IMG/VR virus record: IMGVR_UViG_3300028844_004984
From: a virus
Direction: 5' to 3' (one strand)
Length of the DNA stretch: 64,000 nt
Part shown: positions 39,424 to 49,623 of the stretch, piece after piece
How positions within the stretch are numbered: the first letter of the stretch is position 1
Layout: the number at the start of each line of letters is the position of its first letter
The notes under the pieces: model-generated
What the model was told of the DNA's origin: nothing
What the model saw: the letters and a program-made list of their open reading frames with translations, nothing else
The model's database searches: none
Made by a program: the position numbers and the translations under genes

Positions 39424-40067
39424 TGAATGAGTATCGTAGAAGTAGAGTTTACTATACAAAAGCACAAATAACTACAGGTCTTATTACAAACGGCCTCGAG
39501 TGGATGTTTTTGGATACGACTGAATATACTGGTCAGTATCACAAATACAGTAGTGGTGAGGTATTTTCGGAATCAACTTTTATTGATGGTAAGTCCAGAA
39601 AGCTGATACCTTATGTGGATGTGAAAAAGTTGGGTAGTATGGATTCGTTGGGATTGGATATTTCTAAAAACTATGAATACAATCTGATAAAAAATGTGGA
39701 TATTAAAAAAACATTTGTACCAAATGCTGGTCAGGTAGAAATCACAGAAAAGGATTTGAAACGATTGTACTTCGAACGATACTTTGCGTATAAGAGAAAT
39801 GATGGTAGAGTCTTAGAACTCACAAAAGAAGATTATGGTAAGGTGGGTAGTAAAGATGGATTAAGTGATATTCTATGGGAGCCATTTAAACTGAGATGGA
39901 AGATTAGAGGACCGATTAGCGATGTGTTGGATGGTATGGGTAATATAGCAGAATCTGGTGTATTTGATACTAACAAACGAACGGTAGAACTATACTGTGA
40001 AAATTACCCAACACTAAAAGAGTATCTAATGGATTTCACAGAGTACTATACACCTCCACAAATTTAA
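39423..40067 (+). CDS. Hypothetical (baseplate-associated) protein
   Basis: TAATG coupling to the hub gene; YFERYFAYKRN, LRWKIRG. Confidence 0.55.
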   Translation: MNEYRRSRVYYTKAQITTGLITNGLEWMFLDTTEYTGQYHKYSSGEVFSESTFIDGKSRKLIPYVDVKKLGSMDSLGLDISKNYEYNLIKNVDIKKTFVPNAGQVEITEKDLKRLYFERYFAYKRNDGRVLELTKEDYGKVGSKDGLSDILWEPFKLRWKIRGPISDVLDGMGNIAESGVFDTNKRTVELYCENYPTLKEYLMDFTEYYTPPQI

Positions 40068-40086
40068 GAATTTTTAACATTATAAA

Positions 40087-40118
40087 TTTGGATAATTCAG
40101 ATACTATTCGTATATTGT
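40087..40118 (+). promoter_or_regulatory. Bacteroidota sigma70-type promoter
   Basis: TTTG-N20-TATATTGT. Confidence 0.7.
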
Positions 40119-40136
40119 ACTTGTAACGATTGAGAA

Positions 40137-40403
40137 ATGAATAAAGTAAAAGAATTTGAAAAAGCTATTGAGGGTGTTAAGTTCACTCCAGCTCAAAAAA
40201 AGATTGTTGATTTAATCCTTAAAGGATATGAAATCGAAGTTGTTAACAAACACCATATGAATGGTGGTGAAATGATGTGGAAATCCCCACATTCAGATTA
40301 TTTAGAGCATGCTGGTAAAGTTTACAAAGCATTCTACAATGTATTCTACCAAATCAAAAAACAAAAAGGAATTGATATTCCTACCAATCGATTTGTAAGT
40401 TAA
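40137..40403 (+). CDS. Small hypothetical early protein
   Basis: ORF behind a host-type promoter. Confidence 0.6.
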   Translation: MNKVKEFEKAIEGVKFTPAQKKIVDLILKGYEIEVVNKHHMNGGEMMWKSPHSDYLEHAGKVYKAFYNVFYQIKKQKGIDIPTNRFVS

Positions 40404-40423
40404 CAAATAATTTTGTATATTTG
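40392..40423 (+). promoter_or_regulatory. Bacteroidota sigma70-type promoter (perfect consensus); likely leaderless transcript
   Basis: TTTG-N20-TATATTTG; ATG 4 nt downstream. Confidence 0.75.
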
Positions 40424-40427
40424 ATGT

Positions 40428-41690
40428 ATGGTTGAATTTCTTAGTGAAGGAAGTATATCTATAAACAAAGTATATATTCATCCCGTTTGGGAGAGTATAT
40501 CGGTACACCCACATAATGATGGGTTATCGTTGTTGTATATATATGATATAGAATCCGATAGGGAAATTGTAATCAACCTAAAAAACATCGATATACATAT
40601 AACCTCTTTGGAGAAGTTTAAGTTTCTATTTAAAGAGGCTTATGTGTACGATAACAAATCGTTGATGAATCACATTCAGATTCCAAATTCATATGATGCA
40701 AGTTTGGTTAAGTACTTACAATCGAACCACCCATTGGAATCGAAACTAACTCCAACACATACATTCTATCAACGTAGGTTCAGTAACCTAAAGGGAGTAA
40801 ACAATCTTATTCCAATCTCTAAACATATAGAATCCATCAGAGATACAAAAGATGAATTCATAGAGTATTACGATTTGGGCGGGGGAGAGTTCGATTGTGT
40901 GAAGAAATTTGAAAATTTCTATATCAAGCCACTTCACAAAGTAGAAAAGAATGGAATCAAAACCGAAGGGGGTATGGAGTGGACTCAGTATCACCCATTC
41001 ACTATCACATCACGACCTTCAAACAATTATGGTGGGGTAAATTATGCGGCATTGAATAAAGATGATGGGAGTAGGGATAGATTCGTAAGTAGGTTCAAAG
41101 GGGGGAAGTTGATTCAATTTGATTATGATGCATATCACCCTCGTATCATTGGTAAAATGGTAGATGAACCTATTCCAATAGATATAAGCGGTCACCAAGC
41201 ACTTGCCGATATGTATGGTGTATCCTATGGTGAATCAAAGGGAATTACGTTCCGACAACTATATGGTGGGGTACAATCGGAATATCTACATATTCCGTTG
41301 TTTTCCAAAGTTTCACACAAAATTGATTTGATGTGGATGGAATTCAATCGTAGGGGATATATTAAAACGCCATTGGGTAGGAGATTATCAAAGAGTAGTT
41401 TGAAAGATATGAATGCCAACAAACTATTCAACTATTTACTCCAAGCAACAGAAACGGAGTTGAATATGAGAATACTAACTAAGGTGGTAGACTTTTTAAA
41501 AGATAAGAAGTCCAAAATGGTTTTATACACTTATGATTCATATTTATTGGATATACATCCCGATGAAGTTAGTATTTTACAGAATTTAAAGATACTTATA
41601 GAAGGGAATGGATTCCCTGCAAAAATGGAAATTGGAGATAGATATTCTGAAATGAAATCTACAGATATTGAAACACTGGATATAGTATGA
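40428..41690 (+). CDS. Compact, divergent family A DNA polymerase-like protein
   Basis: TSRPSN, motif A FDYDAYHPR, motif B SKGITFRQLYG, NYLLQATE, motif C YTYDS. Confidence 0.8.
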   Translation: MVEFLSEGSISINKVYIHPVWESISVHPHNDGLSLLYIYDIESDREIVINLKNIDIHITSLEKFKFLFKEAYVYDNKSLMNHIQIPNSYDASLVKYLQSNHPLESKLTPTHTFYQRRFSNLKGVNNLIPISKHIESIRDTKDEFIEYYDLGGGEFDCVKKFENFYIKPLHKVEKNGIKTEGGMEWTQYHPFTITSRPSNNYGGVNYAALNKDDGSRDRFVSRFKGGKLIQFDYDAYHPRIIGKMVDEPIPIDISGHQALADMYGVSYGESKGITFRQLYGGVQSEYLHIPLFSKVSHKIDLMWMEFNRRGYIKTPLGRRLSKSSLKDMNANKLFNYLLQATETELNMRILTKVVDFLKDKKSKMVLYTYDSYLLDIHPDEVSILQNLKILIEGNGFPAKMEIGDRYSEMKSTDIETLDIV

Positions 41691-43900
41691 ATGAATTTCT
41701 TAACGAATTAATCACCATATGGTGGAATGAGGTACGTGGTGAGTTAACAGACCCACTATCTGAAAGTTCCATTAATGGGTTGAGAAAAGTATTGGAAGAA
41801 GAATACGATTTTGATTCTGATGTAATTGAGTACATTATAGAATCAACTGTAAAAACACCTACAAACTTTCACTTAGGTGGTGATAGAACATCGGGTATGG
41901 TTGTCGGTAAAAATGATACTGCGGTATCGGCACATTTACATGATGATGGCGATGATGATGATGAACCATCATATGTATGGGAAGAGGGTGATGAAGAGGA
42001 CGAGAAACGTGCGGAGACTGGTGAAGATAAAGATGATGCAGAAGATGATATTAAACAACATGCATTAACAAAATACGAAAAAGAAAAGATGATGCGTGAG
42101 GTTGTAGAGGGTTTAGGAATCCTTTTATCTGAGGCATCGATTTTTGATTCAAAGTATATGGTTGGTGATAAATTCCTTGCACTAACAAACACATCAGATT
42201 TGTTTACACAAGGATTACCACCCGGCGAAAGCGTACCAAAAGGCCCGTTTACGAAAGCAGCGCCAGTTGATGATGCAATTGAAGTGAATTTGGGTAGCGG
42301 CAAGGTTGTATATGTAACAGATGATGCTGGTGGTAAAACATATGTGATTAAGAGTAGTGCTGCTAAACTCAAATCGATGTTCGGTAAGATGCGTAAGGGT
42401 AAGAAACCAACCGATGTGAATTGGAACACAGATACGTTGGAAACGGCAGCTGCGATGGGATTGTATGTAAATGGTATTGGTGTACTCAAAGAGTTGAATT
42501 CCGCTAAAACCTCTGAAGATTTACCAAAGGTAATTGATTCGGTAAGGGATAGGTTTGAAAAAGCACTATCTATGAGTGGTGAGTATGCAGCACCTAGCAA
42601 TATTTTAAATAAGTTGAGTACAATGCCACTGGGTGATTTCTTTTTGACTGCTCAATTAATGGCGGGTATGACGAAGTTTACACAGGGTGTGATTCCATTC
42701 AAAAAACCATACCTAATCCACAAAAGCATCAGAAATTACTATTCTGCGACAGAACGTTCGGAGTTAGTAGATGGTGTAAAGGATAATACAGCGGATGTAG
42801 TTGTATCAAGTGTGCCTGGCTTAGAGTTGATAGCTGCATTGAACGCTGGTAAAGCTGTGGAGTTTGATTCTAAAGGTGTGTGTTCAGTAAAAGGAACAAA
42901 AATCAAATTCCTACAGGTTTCCCTAAAGAAAGCTAAGGATGAAGCTCAGCTTGGTAAGATATATGGTTTTTTAAAGGATAAATACGGATTACTATCTAAT
43001 GATGATGTAAAATCATTGGCATTAGAGGGTGTACATCTAAATGAGGGGTTATCTGACTTCTTTTCTAGAGGTATGAGCTTTATAAAGGGTATTGGTACTA
43101 AATTAATTGAAAAAATAGGTAAAATCGGTAAGTTACTTAGTGGTTTGTTCAAAAAAATTGAAAAAGGATTTCAAAAATCACCAAAATCAGAAGTTAAGAA
43201 GCTAGAGAAAGAACTAATCAGAGCAGGATTGCACGAAGGTGTACTGAACGAAGCTAAAAAACCATCAATATATGATTCATTCGATGATATCGCCAAAAAT
43301 CAGATATTATTGGATAAGTTGTTAAACAACACCAACTCAAAGCTTACAGAGTTGAACAAAGCAGCTATGAAAAATCCAGCATTTCATTATGATGGGTTCT
43401 CTAAGATTAGTGTAAAAGCACCTACATCAAAAGATAAGGTAGCTAAACTACTTACCAACTTCCAATCTGCCATTGTTATCAAAAATATGTTGGGTGATTT
43501 ATCTGGTGATGCAAAAACCCTATATACTCAGATGGTTGAGCTGGAAAAAGAAATGATATATGGTAAAACCAAACTACCAATCTACAAAGTTTATGGTTTG
43601 AGTAAAGATGGTGGTGGTACTGCATACGAACAATATCCTGGCTCTGAAGAGTTCGTTCAAGAAAAGATTGCTGGTGATTTAAGTGATACTGTGGTATTCT
43701 ACTTAAACACAACAAAGCAAGATGGGTACTTTACTATGAGTGGGTATGGTTTGAATGGCATATCATCAACTACTGGTGAATTAAAGTACTCTAAATTTAG
43801 AATGGGAACAAACGATAGTGGTAGATACAGCTATACATTCGAAGGTACTAAGCAAGTTCCTCTTGGTAAGGTATTAAATGCTTTAAGAAGTAAAGGTTAA
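41687..43900 (+). CDS. Large hypothetical protein, possible PD-(D/E)xK-like domain
   Basis: TADVV...LQVSLKK; multiple L-x-E-(A/G/S) sites. Confidence 0.5.
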   Translation: MNEFLNELITIWWNEVRGELTDPLSESSINGLRKVLEEEYDFDSDVIEYIIESTVKTPTNFHLGGDRTSGMVVGKNDTAVSAHLHDDGDDDDEPSYVWEEGDEEDEKRAETGEDKDDAEDDIKQHALTKYEKEKMMREVVEGLGILLSEASIFDSKYMVGDKFLALTNTSDLFTQGLPPGESVPKGPFTKAAPVDDAIEVNLGSGKVVYVTDDAGGKTYVIKSSAAKLKSMFGKMRKGKKPTDVNWNTDTLETAAAMGLYVNGIGVLKELNSAKTSEDLPKVIDSVRDRFEKALSMSGEYAAPSNILNKLSTMPLGDFFLTAQLMAGMTKFTQGVIPFKKPYLIHKSIRNYYSATERSELVDGVKDNTADVVVSSVPGLELIAALNAGKAVEFDSKGVCSVKGTKIKFLQVSLKKAKDEAQLGKIYGFLKDKYGLLSNDDVKSLALEGVHLNEGLSDFFSRGMSFIKGIGTKLIEKIGKIGKLLSGLFKKIEKGFQKSPKSEVKKLEKELIRAGLHEGVLNEAKKPSIYDSFDDIAKNQILLDKLLNNTNSKLTELNKAAMKNPAFHYDGFSKISVKAPTSKDKVAKLLTNFQSAIVIKNMLGDLSGDAKTLYTQMVELEKEMIYGKTKLPIYKVYGLSKDGGGTAYEQYPGSEEFVQEKIAGDLSDTVVFYLNTTKQDGYFTMSGYGLNGISSTTGELKYSKFRMGTNDSGRYSYTFEGTKQVPLGKVLNALRSKG

Positions 43901-43912
43901 TGGGGAGAATGA

Positions 43913-44302
43913 GTGAGAACGCAATTATTATGTACGTTTACTACAGAGACTGATTTCGAAGAACTTTTAAATCAAATTTTCGATACGTGTGAGTTGTTTA
44001 GTAGAAAAATATTTATTTTAAAGTTAGAACCATCCAAAGAATTGGTGGTTAGTTACAATATAGTACCAAACAGAGATAACAGATTTTTACCAAATAGCAT
44101 TATGGTACACCGAAAAAAAGAATCAAATACAATGTATACGATTAACTCGCTAAATAGGTTAATCAAAGAGTTAAATAGTGGTGTGATTGATAAATCATAT
44201 CAAGTAAATTGGCAAGATTACCGAAACTCTATGATTCTAACCGATGGTGATGGGTATAAGATTATGAAAACAAAGTTATTTAGAATAGTTGATGTAAAAT
44301 GA
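43913..44302 (+). CDS. Conserved hypothetical phage protein
   Basis: QLLCTFT, VHRKKESNTMYTINSLN; SD GGGGAG before GTG. Confidence 0.65.
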   Translation: MRTQLLCTFTTETDFEELLNQIFDTCELFSRKIFILKLEPSKELVVSYNIVPNRDNRFLPNSIMVHRKKESNTMYTINSLNRLIKELNSGVIDKSYQVNWQDYRNSMILTDGDGYKIMKTKLFRIVDVK

Positions 44303-45057
44303 GTACGACAATTGTAAACGCTACCACAGAAGGTGGTAGAACAGATGTAGGTGGTGGTCCTATTTGGATTGGGAATCTTTTATTTTATTTAGATGCTGGA
44401 AATCCCTTTGGTGGGCCTCAAGCTGGAGAAGGTAGTAGCGTCATTAACAACATTGCACCCAAAAGGAGTGCAAATAGATTCCGCCAAACATCAACACTCG
44501 ATAACAATGCACAGGTTTTGAATAATTACTTCAACTTTGATGGTGTAAATGATAGAATCGATATGGAAGCTGAATTCACTATGGATTCTGCGGGTGCTAC
44601 TTTGATGTGGTGGATGGCACCACATAGTGCAACTACAAACTATAATATCGTTGGAAATGGTGAAAATGGTGGAGTTCTTCAAAATATAGAGTTCAGACAA
44701 ACTTTCTTTTATGCTGAAACCAATAACAATTGTGGGTACTATCACTCACCATCTTTTGACCAATGGAATGATAATGAGTGGCATCACGTCGCTGTAACGT
44801 TTAATTCAAATCAAGAAGCAAATTGGTATATAGATGGGGCTGCCATTGGTGAAGCAACTACTTATGGTCAAGTGAACTGTACTGCTACAACATTATCAAA
44901 TTTAGGTGGTTATGATGCTACAATGAGATATTGGGGTTCAGGCGGGTATAGCTCAGATTATAAGGGAAATTTGAACCAAATGATGTTTTATGATACAGAA
45001 CTTACGCTTTTTCAAATAAGCACAAATTACCGAACTCAGAAGTATCGTTATTCTTAA
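44299..45057 (+). CDS. LamG/concanavalin A-like domain protein
   Basis: FYLDAGN, FNFDGVND, WHHVAVT, WYIDG, MFYDTELT. Confidence 0.8.
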   Translation: MSTTIVNATTEGGRTDVGGGPIWIGNLLFYLDAGNPFGGPQAGEGSSVINNIAPKRSANRFRQTSTLDNNAQVLNNYFNFDGVNDRIDMEAEFTMDSAGATLMWWMAPHSATTNYNIVGNGENGGVLQNIEFRQTFFYAETNNNCGYYHSPSFDQWNDNEWHHVAVTFNSNQEANWYIDGAAIGEATTYGQVNCTATTLSNLGGYDATMRYWGSGGYSSDYKGNLNQMMFYDTELTLFQISTNYRTQKYRYS

Positions 45058-45065
45058 CTTTTCTA

Positions 45066-45194
45066 TATTTATACTTGGAAATTAGAAATAATTTTCGTAT
45101 ATTGTAACCATATCAACACATGGGATTAAATAGTGGTGTTGAAAATAAAAAGTGAAATATAATTTGGAAGTTTGAAGAAACTTTCGTATATTTG
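45066..45194 (+). promoter_or_regulatory. Promoter cluster for SSB: late TATTTATA plus two host-type promoters
   Basis: TATTTATA at 45066; CTTG-N20-TATATTGT at 45074; TTTG-N20-TATATTTG at 45163. Confidence 0.7.
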
Positions 45195-45232
45195 TAAAAT
45201 AAATGTTTAACTAATTAAAAAATGGAGTAATT

Positions 45233-46015
45233 ATGGCAATTGATTTAAACGCTATCCGAAACCGTTTGGACAGTCTACAAACGAAAACTACAAAGACTGA
45301 TAATTTATGGAAGCCCAAACCAGGCAAGCAGCAGGTAAGAATCGTACCTTATGTACACAATCCATCAAATCCTTTTATTGAACTATTTTTCCACTACAAC
45401 TTTGGTGGTAAAAATATTCTATCACCACAAACACATGGTGAGGCAGACCCACTTATGGAGTTCGCTGACCAATTGAAATCAACTGGTGATAGAAACGATT
45501 GGAATCTTTCAAAACAACTTACTCCTAAAATGAGAACGTATGTTCCCGTTATTGTAAGAGGTGAAGAATCTGAAGGTGTTAAATTTTGGGGATTCGGTAA
45601 GACTGTGTATCAGGAGTTGCTGGCATTCTTTGCTGATCCTGACTATGGTGATTTGACCGACCCGACCAATGGTAGGGATGTAACTGTTGAGTTCAAAACC
45701 GCTAAAGAGTTAGGTAAGAACTATCCTGAAACTTACATCAGAGTTAAACCAAACCAAACAGCCATCACAGAAGATAAGAATGTTTTGGAATTGGTTAAAG
45801 ACCAGATTGAACTTCCAGGTATGTTTAAAAAATATTCCTACGATGAGATGAAAGGTTTGTTGGAGAAGTGGTTGGAAACTGGACAGGTAGCAGATTCTTC
45901 AGAAGAAGAAGAAACTCAACCAACGCAAACTACTCAAAGTGATGAACCAACTGCAGTATCAAATGCAACTACTGCTGATGTGAAAGACGCATTCGAAGAT
46001 TTATTTAATAGCTAA
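45233..46015 (+). CDS. Single-stranded DNA-binding protein (T4 gp32-like)
   Basis: LWKPKPG..VRIVP, GVKFWGFGKTVY, DLTDPTNGRD; acidic tail ending FEDLF. Confidence 0.85.
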   Translation: MAIDLNAIRNRLDSLQTKTTKTDNLWKPKPGKQQVRIVPYVHNPSNPFIELFFHYNFGGKNILSPQTHGEADPLMEFADQLKSTGDRNDWNLSKQLTPKMRTYVPVIVRGEESEGVKFWGFGKTVYQELLAFFADPDYGDLTDPTNGRDVTVEFKTAKELGKNYPETYIRVKPNQTAITEDKNVLELVKDQIELPGMFKKYSYDEMKGLLEKWLETGQVADSSEEEETQPTQTTQSDEPTAVSNATTADVKDAFEDLFNS

Positions 46016-46026
46016 TAAGTTAGGAT

Positions 46027-47151
46027 ATGTCCAAAACGAATCGTGATGAATTGTCCTCAATTCTCGCAGATAATCTTAACAAAAAGTTCAAAGGACAATC
46101 GAAAGTAGCTTACTTTCTTGATGGCTCCGAACAGACACCCACCGACCTTACTGAGTGGGTGTCTACCGGAGATGATATGCTAGATTTAGCAATATCAAAT
46201 CGACCAAATGGTGGATTTCCTGTAGGACGCATTGTTGAGGTAACTGGGCTTGAGGCAAGTGGTAAATCTCTACTATCAGCACATACATTGGCTAACACTC
46301 AAAAGAAGGGTGGTTTGGCGGTGTATATTGATACAGAGAACGCAATCAATCAAGAATTCTTAGAAGCATTGGGTGTTGATACTCAAAAGCTACTTTACGT
46401 TCCATTGGAAACTGTAGAGGATATCTTTGATGCAATGGATTCTATCATTGAATCTATTCGTAAATCAGATAAGAATAGGTTGGTAACAATCGTAGTTGAT
46501 TCAGTTGCAGCTGCAACTACAAAGGTGGAGCTATCAGCAGATTATGACCAGGCGGGTTACGCAACCCAAAAGGCAATCATTATCTCTAAAGCAATGAGAA
46601 AGATTACAAATCTTATTGGTAGAGAACGTATCTTAGTAGTATTCACCAATCAGTTACGTGTTAGAATGGGGGTATCGTTTGGTGACCCATATACAACATC
46701 GGGTGGTAAAGCATTGGGTTTCCACGCATCGTGTAGATTGAGAATGAAGCAGATGGGTAAACTTAATTCCAAAGTTGGTGGTGTGGACCAGACAGTTGGT
46801 ATCAAAACCAGAGTTCAGGTCATTAAGAACCGAATGGGACCGCCATTGAGAGCAGTTGATTTTGAAATCTACTTTGATAGGGGTATTGATAGATATGGTT
46901 CGTGGTTGAATACTATGAAAACATATAAGTTGGTACAGACTAGTGGAGCTTGGTATACTTGGGTTGATGAATCAACTGGAGAAGAGATTAAATTCCAAGC
47001 TAAGAATTTCACTAAACTCTTAGAAGATAGACCAGAGGTAAAGGAACAAATGTATAACCAAATCTGTGATGCATATATCTTAGGATACAAAGAAGCATCT
47101 GAAGCAGCAAATACAGATTCAACACAACTTGATGAAGGACACGAAATCTAA
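46027..47151 (+). CDS. recA: RecA/UvsX recombinase
   Basis: GLEASGKS, YIDTE, VVDSVAA, FTNQLR, TSGGKALGFHAS.R, KNR. Confidence 0.93.
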   Translation: MSKTNRDELSSILADNLNKKFKGQSKVAYFLDGSEQTPTDLTEWVSTGDDMLDLAISNRPNGGFPVGRIVEVTGLEASGKSLLSAHTLANTQKKGGLAVYIDTENAINQEFLEALGVDTQKLLYVPLETVEDIFDAMDSIIESIRKSDKNRLVTIVVDSVAAATTKVELSADYDQAGYATQKAIIISKAMRKITNLIGRERILVVFTNQLRVRMGVSFGDPYTTSGGKALGFHASCRLRMKQMGKLNSKVGGVDQTVGIKTRVQVIKNRMGPPLRAVDFEIYFDRGIDRYGSWLNTMKTYKLVQTSGAWYTWVDESTGEEIKFQAKNFTKLLEDRPEVKEQMYNQICDAYILGYKEASEAANTDSTQLDEGHEI

Positions 47152-48172
47152 CTACAGAGAAATGCTAAATAGCTTATCTAATACATCAAGTGGTGATGTT
47201 AACGATAAGGTTATGATTGTAGATGGATTGAATTTGTTCATCAGATGTTTTGGAGCAGTTCCAACTCTGAATGATGATGGAGAGCATGTCGGAGGGGTAA
47301 CAGGTTGTCTGTTATCCCTCGGCGCTCTTATTCGTAAAAACAAACCAACGAGAGTTTTGGTGGTGTTTGATGGTAAGGGTGGTTCGCATCGTAGAAAAAA
47401 GATGTATAAAGGATACAAAGAAGGTAGGACTGGATTAACAAAGGTAAATAGATTGGTTGGGTATGAAGATTTAGAAGACCAAGCAGAATCTATGAAAAAG
47501 AACTTTAATATGTTAATCAAATACTTAGAGTTCTTACCCGTTGATTTGTGTTACATTGATTACATCGAAGCAGATGATATTATGGCCTATGCCGCCAGAC
47601 ATATATTTAAAAAAGAAGTTATGATAATTTCCTCTGATAAAGATTTCTTACAATTGGTGGATGATAGAATATCAGTATATCTACCAACTAAAAAGAAACT
47701 TATGCACAAAGAGGATGTAAAAGAGTTATATGGAGTTCCATCAAAGAACTTAGTATATTATAGAATTTTTGATGGTGATAAATCCGATAATATTCCTGGC
47801 GTAAGGGGCATCGGACCAAAAACACTAATAAACAAATTAGATTTCCTTCAATCGGATGGATTAACATTAGATACCTTATTTGAAAGGGTATCTCAATTGG
47901 ATGATGAAAAACTGAAAAACAAAATATTGGAACATACCGATACTTTGAAATTAAATTACGATTTAATGCAGTTATCAGAACCAATAATGGGTTCAGCGAT
48001 TACATCAAATGTACGAAATATCATTGATACACCAATCAACGGGTTAAATTCTTTTGGATTCAAAAAAGAGTTTATGGTTGATAAACTTTACACTGCGTTT
48101 AAGAATGTAGAAACGTGGTTGGTAAATACTTGGGGTGATTTGGATAGGTATTCAAAACAAACCAAAAAATAA
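47132..48172 (+). CDS. 5'-3' exonuclease/flap endonuclease (T4 RNase H-like)
   Basis: IVDGLN, VFDG, YKEGR, EADD, SSDKDF.QL, GDKSDNIPGVRGIGPKT. Confidence 0.92.
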   Translation: MKDTKSNYREMLNSLSNTSSGDVNDKVMIVDGLNLFIRCFGAVPTLNDDGEHVGGVTGCLLSLGALIRKNKPTRVLVVFDGKGGSHRRKKMYKGYKEGRTGLTKVNRLVGYEDLEDQAESMKKNFNMLIKYLEFLPVDLCYIDYIEADDIMAYAARHIFKKEVMIISSDKDFLQLVDDRISVYLPTKKKLMHKEDVKELYGVPSKNLVYYRIFDGDKSDNIPGVRGIGPKTLINKLDFLQSDGLTLDTLFERVSQLDDEKLKNKILEHTDTLKLNYDLMQLSEPIMGSAITSNVRNIIDTPINGLNSFGFKKEFMVDKLYTAFKNVETWLVNTWGDLDRYSKQTKK

Positions 48173-48204
48173 TTTGGTAAATACAATAATAATTCGTATA
48201 TTTA
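48173..48204 (+). promoter_or_regulatory. Bacteroidota-type promoter; likely leaderless transcript
   Basis: TTTG-N20-TATATTTA; ATG 4 nt downstream. Confidence 0.7.
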
Positions 48205-48208
48205 ATCT

Positions 48209-49567
48209 ATGGATAAACTTGGAAATAAGTTTGGAACAAGCTTTCAGATAAAGATTATATCAGCACTATTATCCGATAGGATATTTTTACAAACGGTGTA
48301 CGATATACTCAAACCTGAGATGTTCGATTCTGAGGCAAATGAGTGGCTTGTAACCAAAACGTTATCACACTTTGATGTATACTCAACGTTACCAACATTA
48401 GATGTATTTAAAAACGAAGTAGATAGGGTTGAGAGGGATGTTCTTAAACAATCTATCGTAGATAACCTAAAGCAAGTTTGGAATCAATTAGAATCTGATG
48501 ATTTAAATTACGTTAAAGAGCAAACCTTAGAGTTCTGTAAGAATCAAACATTTAAGAGTGCTATCTTAGAATCGGTTGGACTGTTAGAAGAAGGGAAGTT
48601 TGATGTAATAAAATCTAAGATTGATTCCGCTATGAAAGCGGGGCAGGATACCGATATTGGACACGAATATAAGGAGAATATCATTGAAAGGTATGAATCT
48701 ACAGTTAGAGATGTAATCTCTTGTGGATGGGATGTGATTGATGAATTGGTAGATGGTGGGTTTGGTAAAGGTGAACTTATTATGTTCGCAGCACCACCGG
48801 GTATTGGTAAATCTTGGGCATTGGTAAATGTTGGAATGGCTGCTGCTAAAAAAGGTAAGACTGTAGTTCACTACACATTGGAGTTGAATGAGGGATACGT
48901 GGGTCAGAGATACGATGCAGTATTAACTGGAACTGCTGTACCTAACCTTAAATTTAATATCGATGATGTACGAACTCAAGTGGAAGGGCTGAGTGGTGAT
49001 ATCATTGTGAAACATTGGCCTACTAAATCTGCTGGATTGAATACTATGAGAGCATCATTAGATAAACTGAAGTTGCAAGGTAAGAATCCTGATGTGATTA
49101 TAGTAGATTACGCTGATTTGTTAAAGGGTAATAGTAGAAAAGAACGACACGAAGAGTTAGAAGAGATTGTAGAGGGATTGAGAGGCATCGCGGGTGAATA
49201 TGAAGTTCCATTATTTACAGCATCTCAAATCAATCGTAGTGGTGCTAATGATGATGTTATTACTGGTACTTCTATAGCTGGCTCATTCTCAAAATTGATG
49301 ACTGCAGATTTTGTAGTTTCATTGAGTAGAAAAATTGAGGATAAGTTAGCTGGAACAGGCAGATGGCACGTTATCAAAAACCGATTTGGACCAGATGGTA
49401 TGACTTTACCTTCAAAAGCTAATATGAGTAATGGTAGAATCAATATATATTCCGATGATTCCATTGATGGTAAACAAGCACAAAGTGATATGTCAAAGGG
49501 GGAGAGTTTGGTAAGAAAGAATTTGTTACAAAAATATAATGATATGAAGGGGGATATTGACTTCTAA
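48209..49567 (+). CDS. Replicative DnaB-like helicase (T4 gp41-like)
   Basis: APPGIGKS, YTLEL, IVDYADL, TASQINR, KNRFG. Confidence 0.93.
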   Translation: MDKLGNKFGTSFQIKIISALLSDRIFLQTVYDILKPEMFDSEANEWLVTKTLSHFDVYSTLPTLDVFKNEVDRVERDVLKQSIVDNLKQVWNQLESDDLNYVKEQTLEFCKNQTFKSAILESVGLLEEGKFDVIKSKIDSAMKAGQDTDIGHEYKENIIERYESTVRDVISCGWDVIDELVDGGFGKGELIMFAAPPGIGKSWALVNVGMAAAKKGKTVVHYTLELNEGYVGQRYDAVLTGTAVPNLKFNIDDVRTQVEGLSGDIIVKHWPTKSAGLNTMRASLDKLKLQGKNPDVIIVDYADLLKGNSRKERHEELEEIVEGLRGIAGEYEVPLFTASQINRSGANDDVITGTSIAGSFSKLMTADFVVSLSRKIEDKLAGTGRWHVIKNRFGPDGMTLPSKANMSNGRINIYSDDSIDGKQAQSDMSKGESLVRKNLLQKYNDMKGDIDF

Positions 49568-49623
49568 CCACTATATATTATCACCCAAATTAACAAAACA
49601 ACATCAGAATAGAAAGACGGAAT

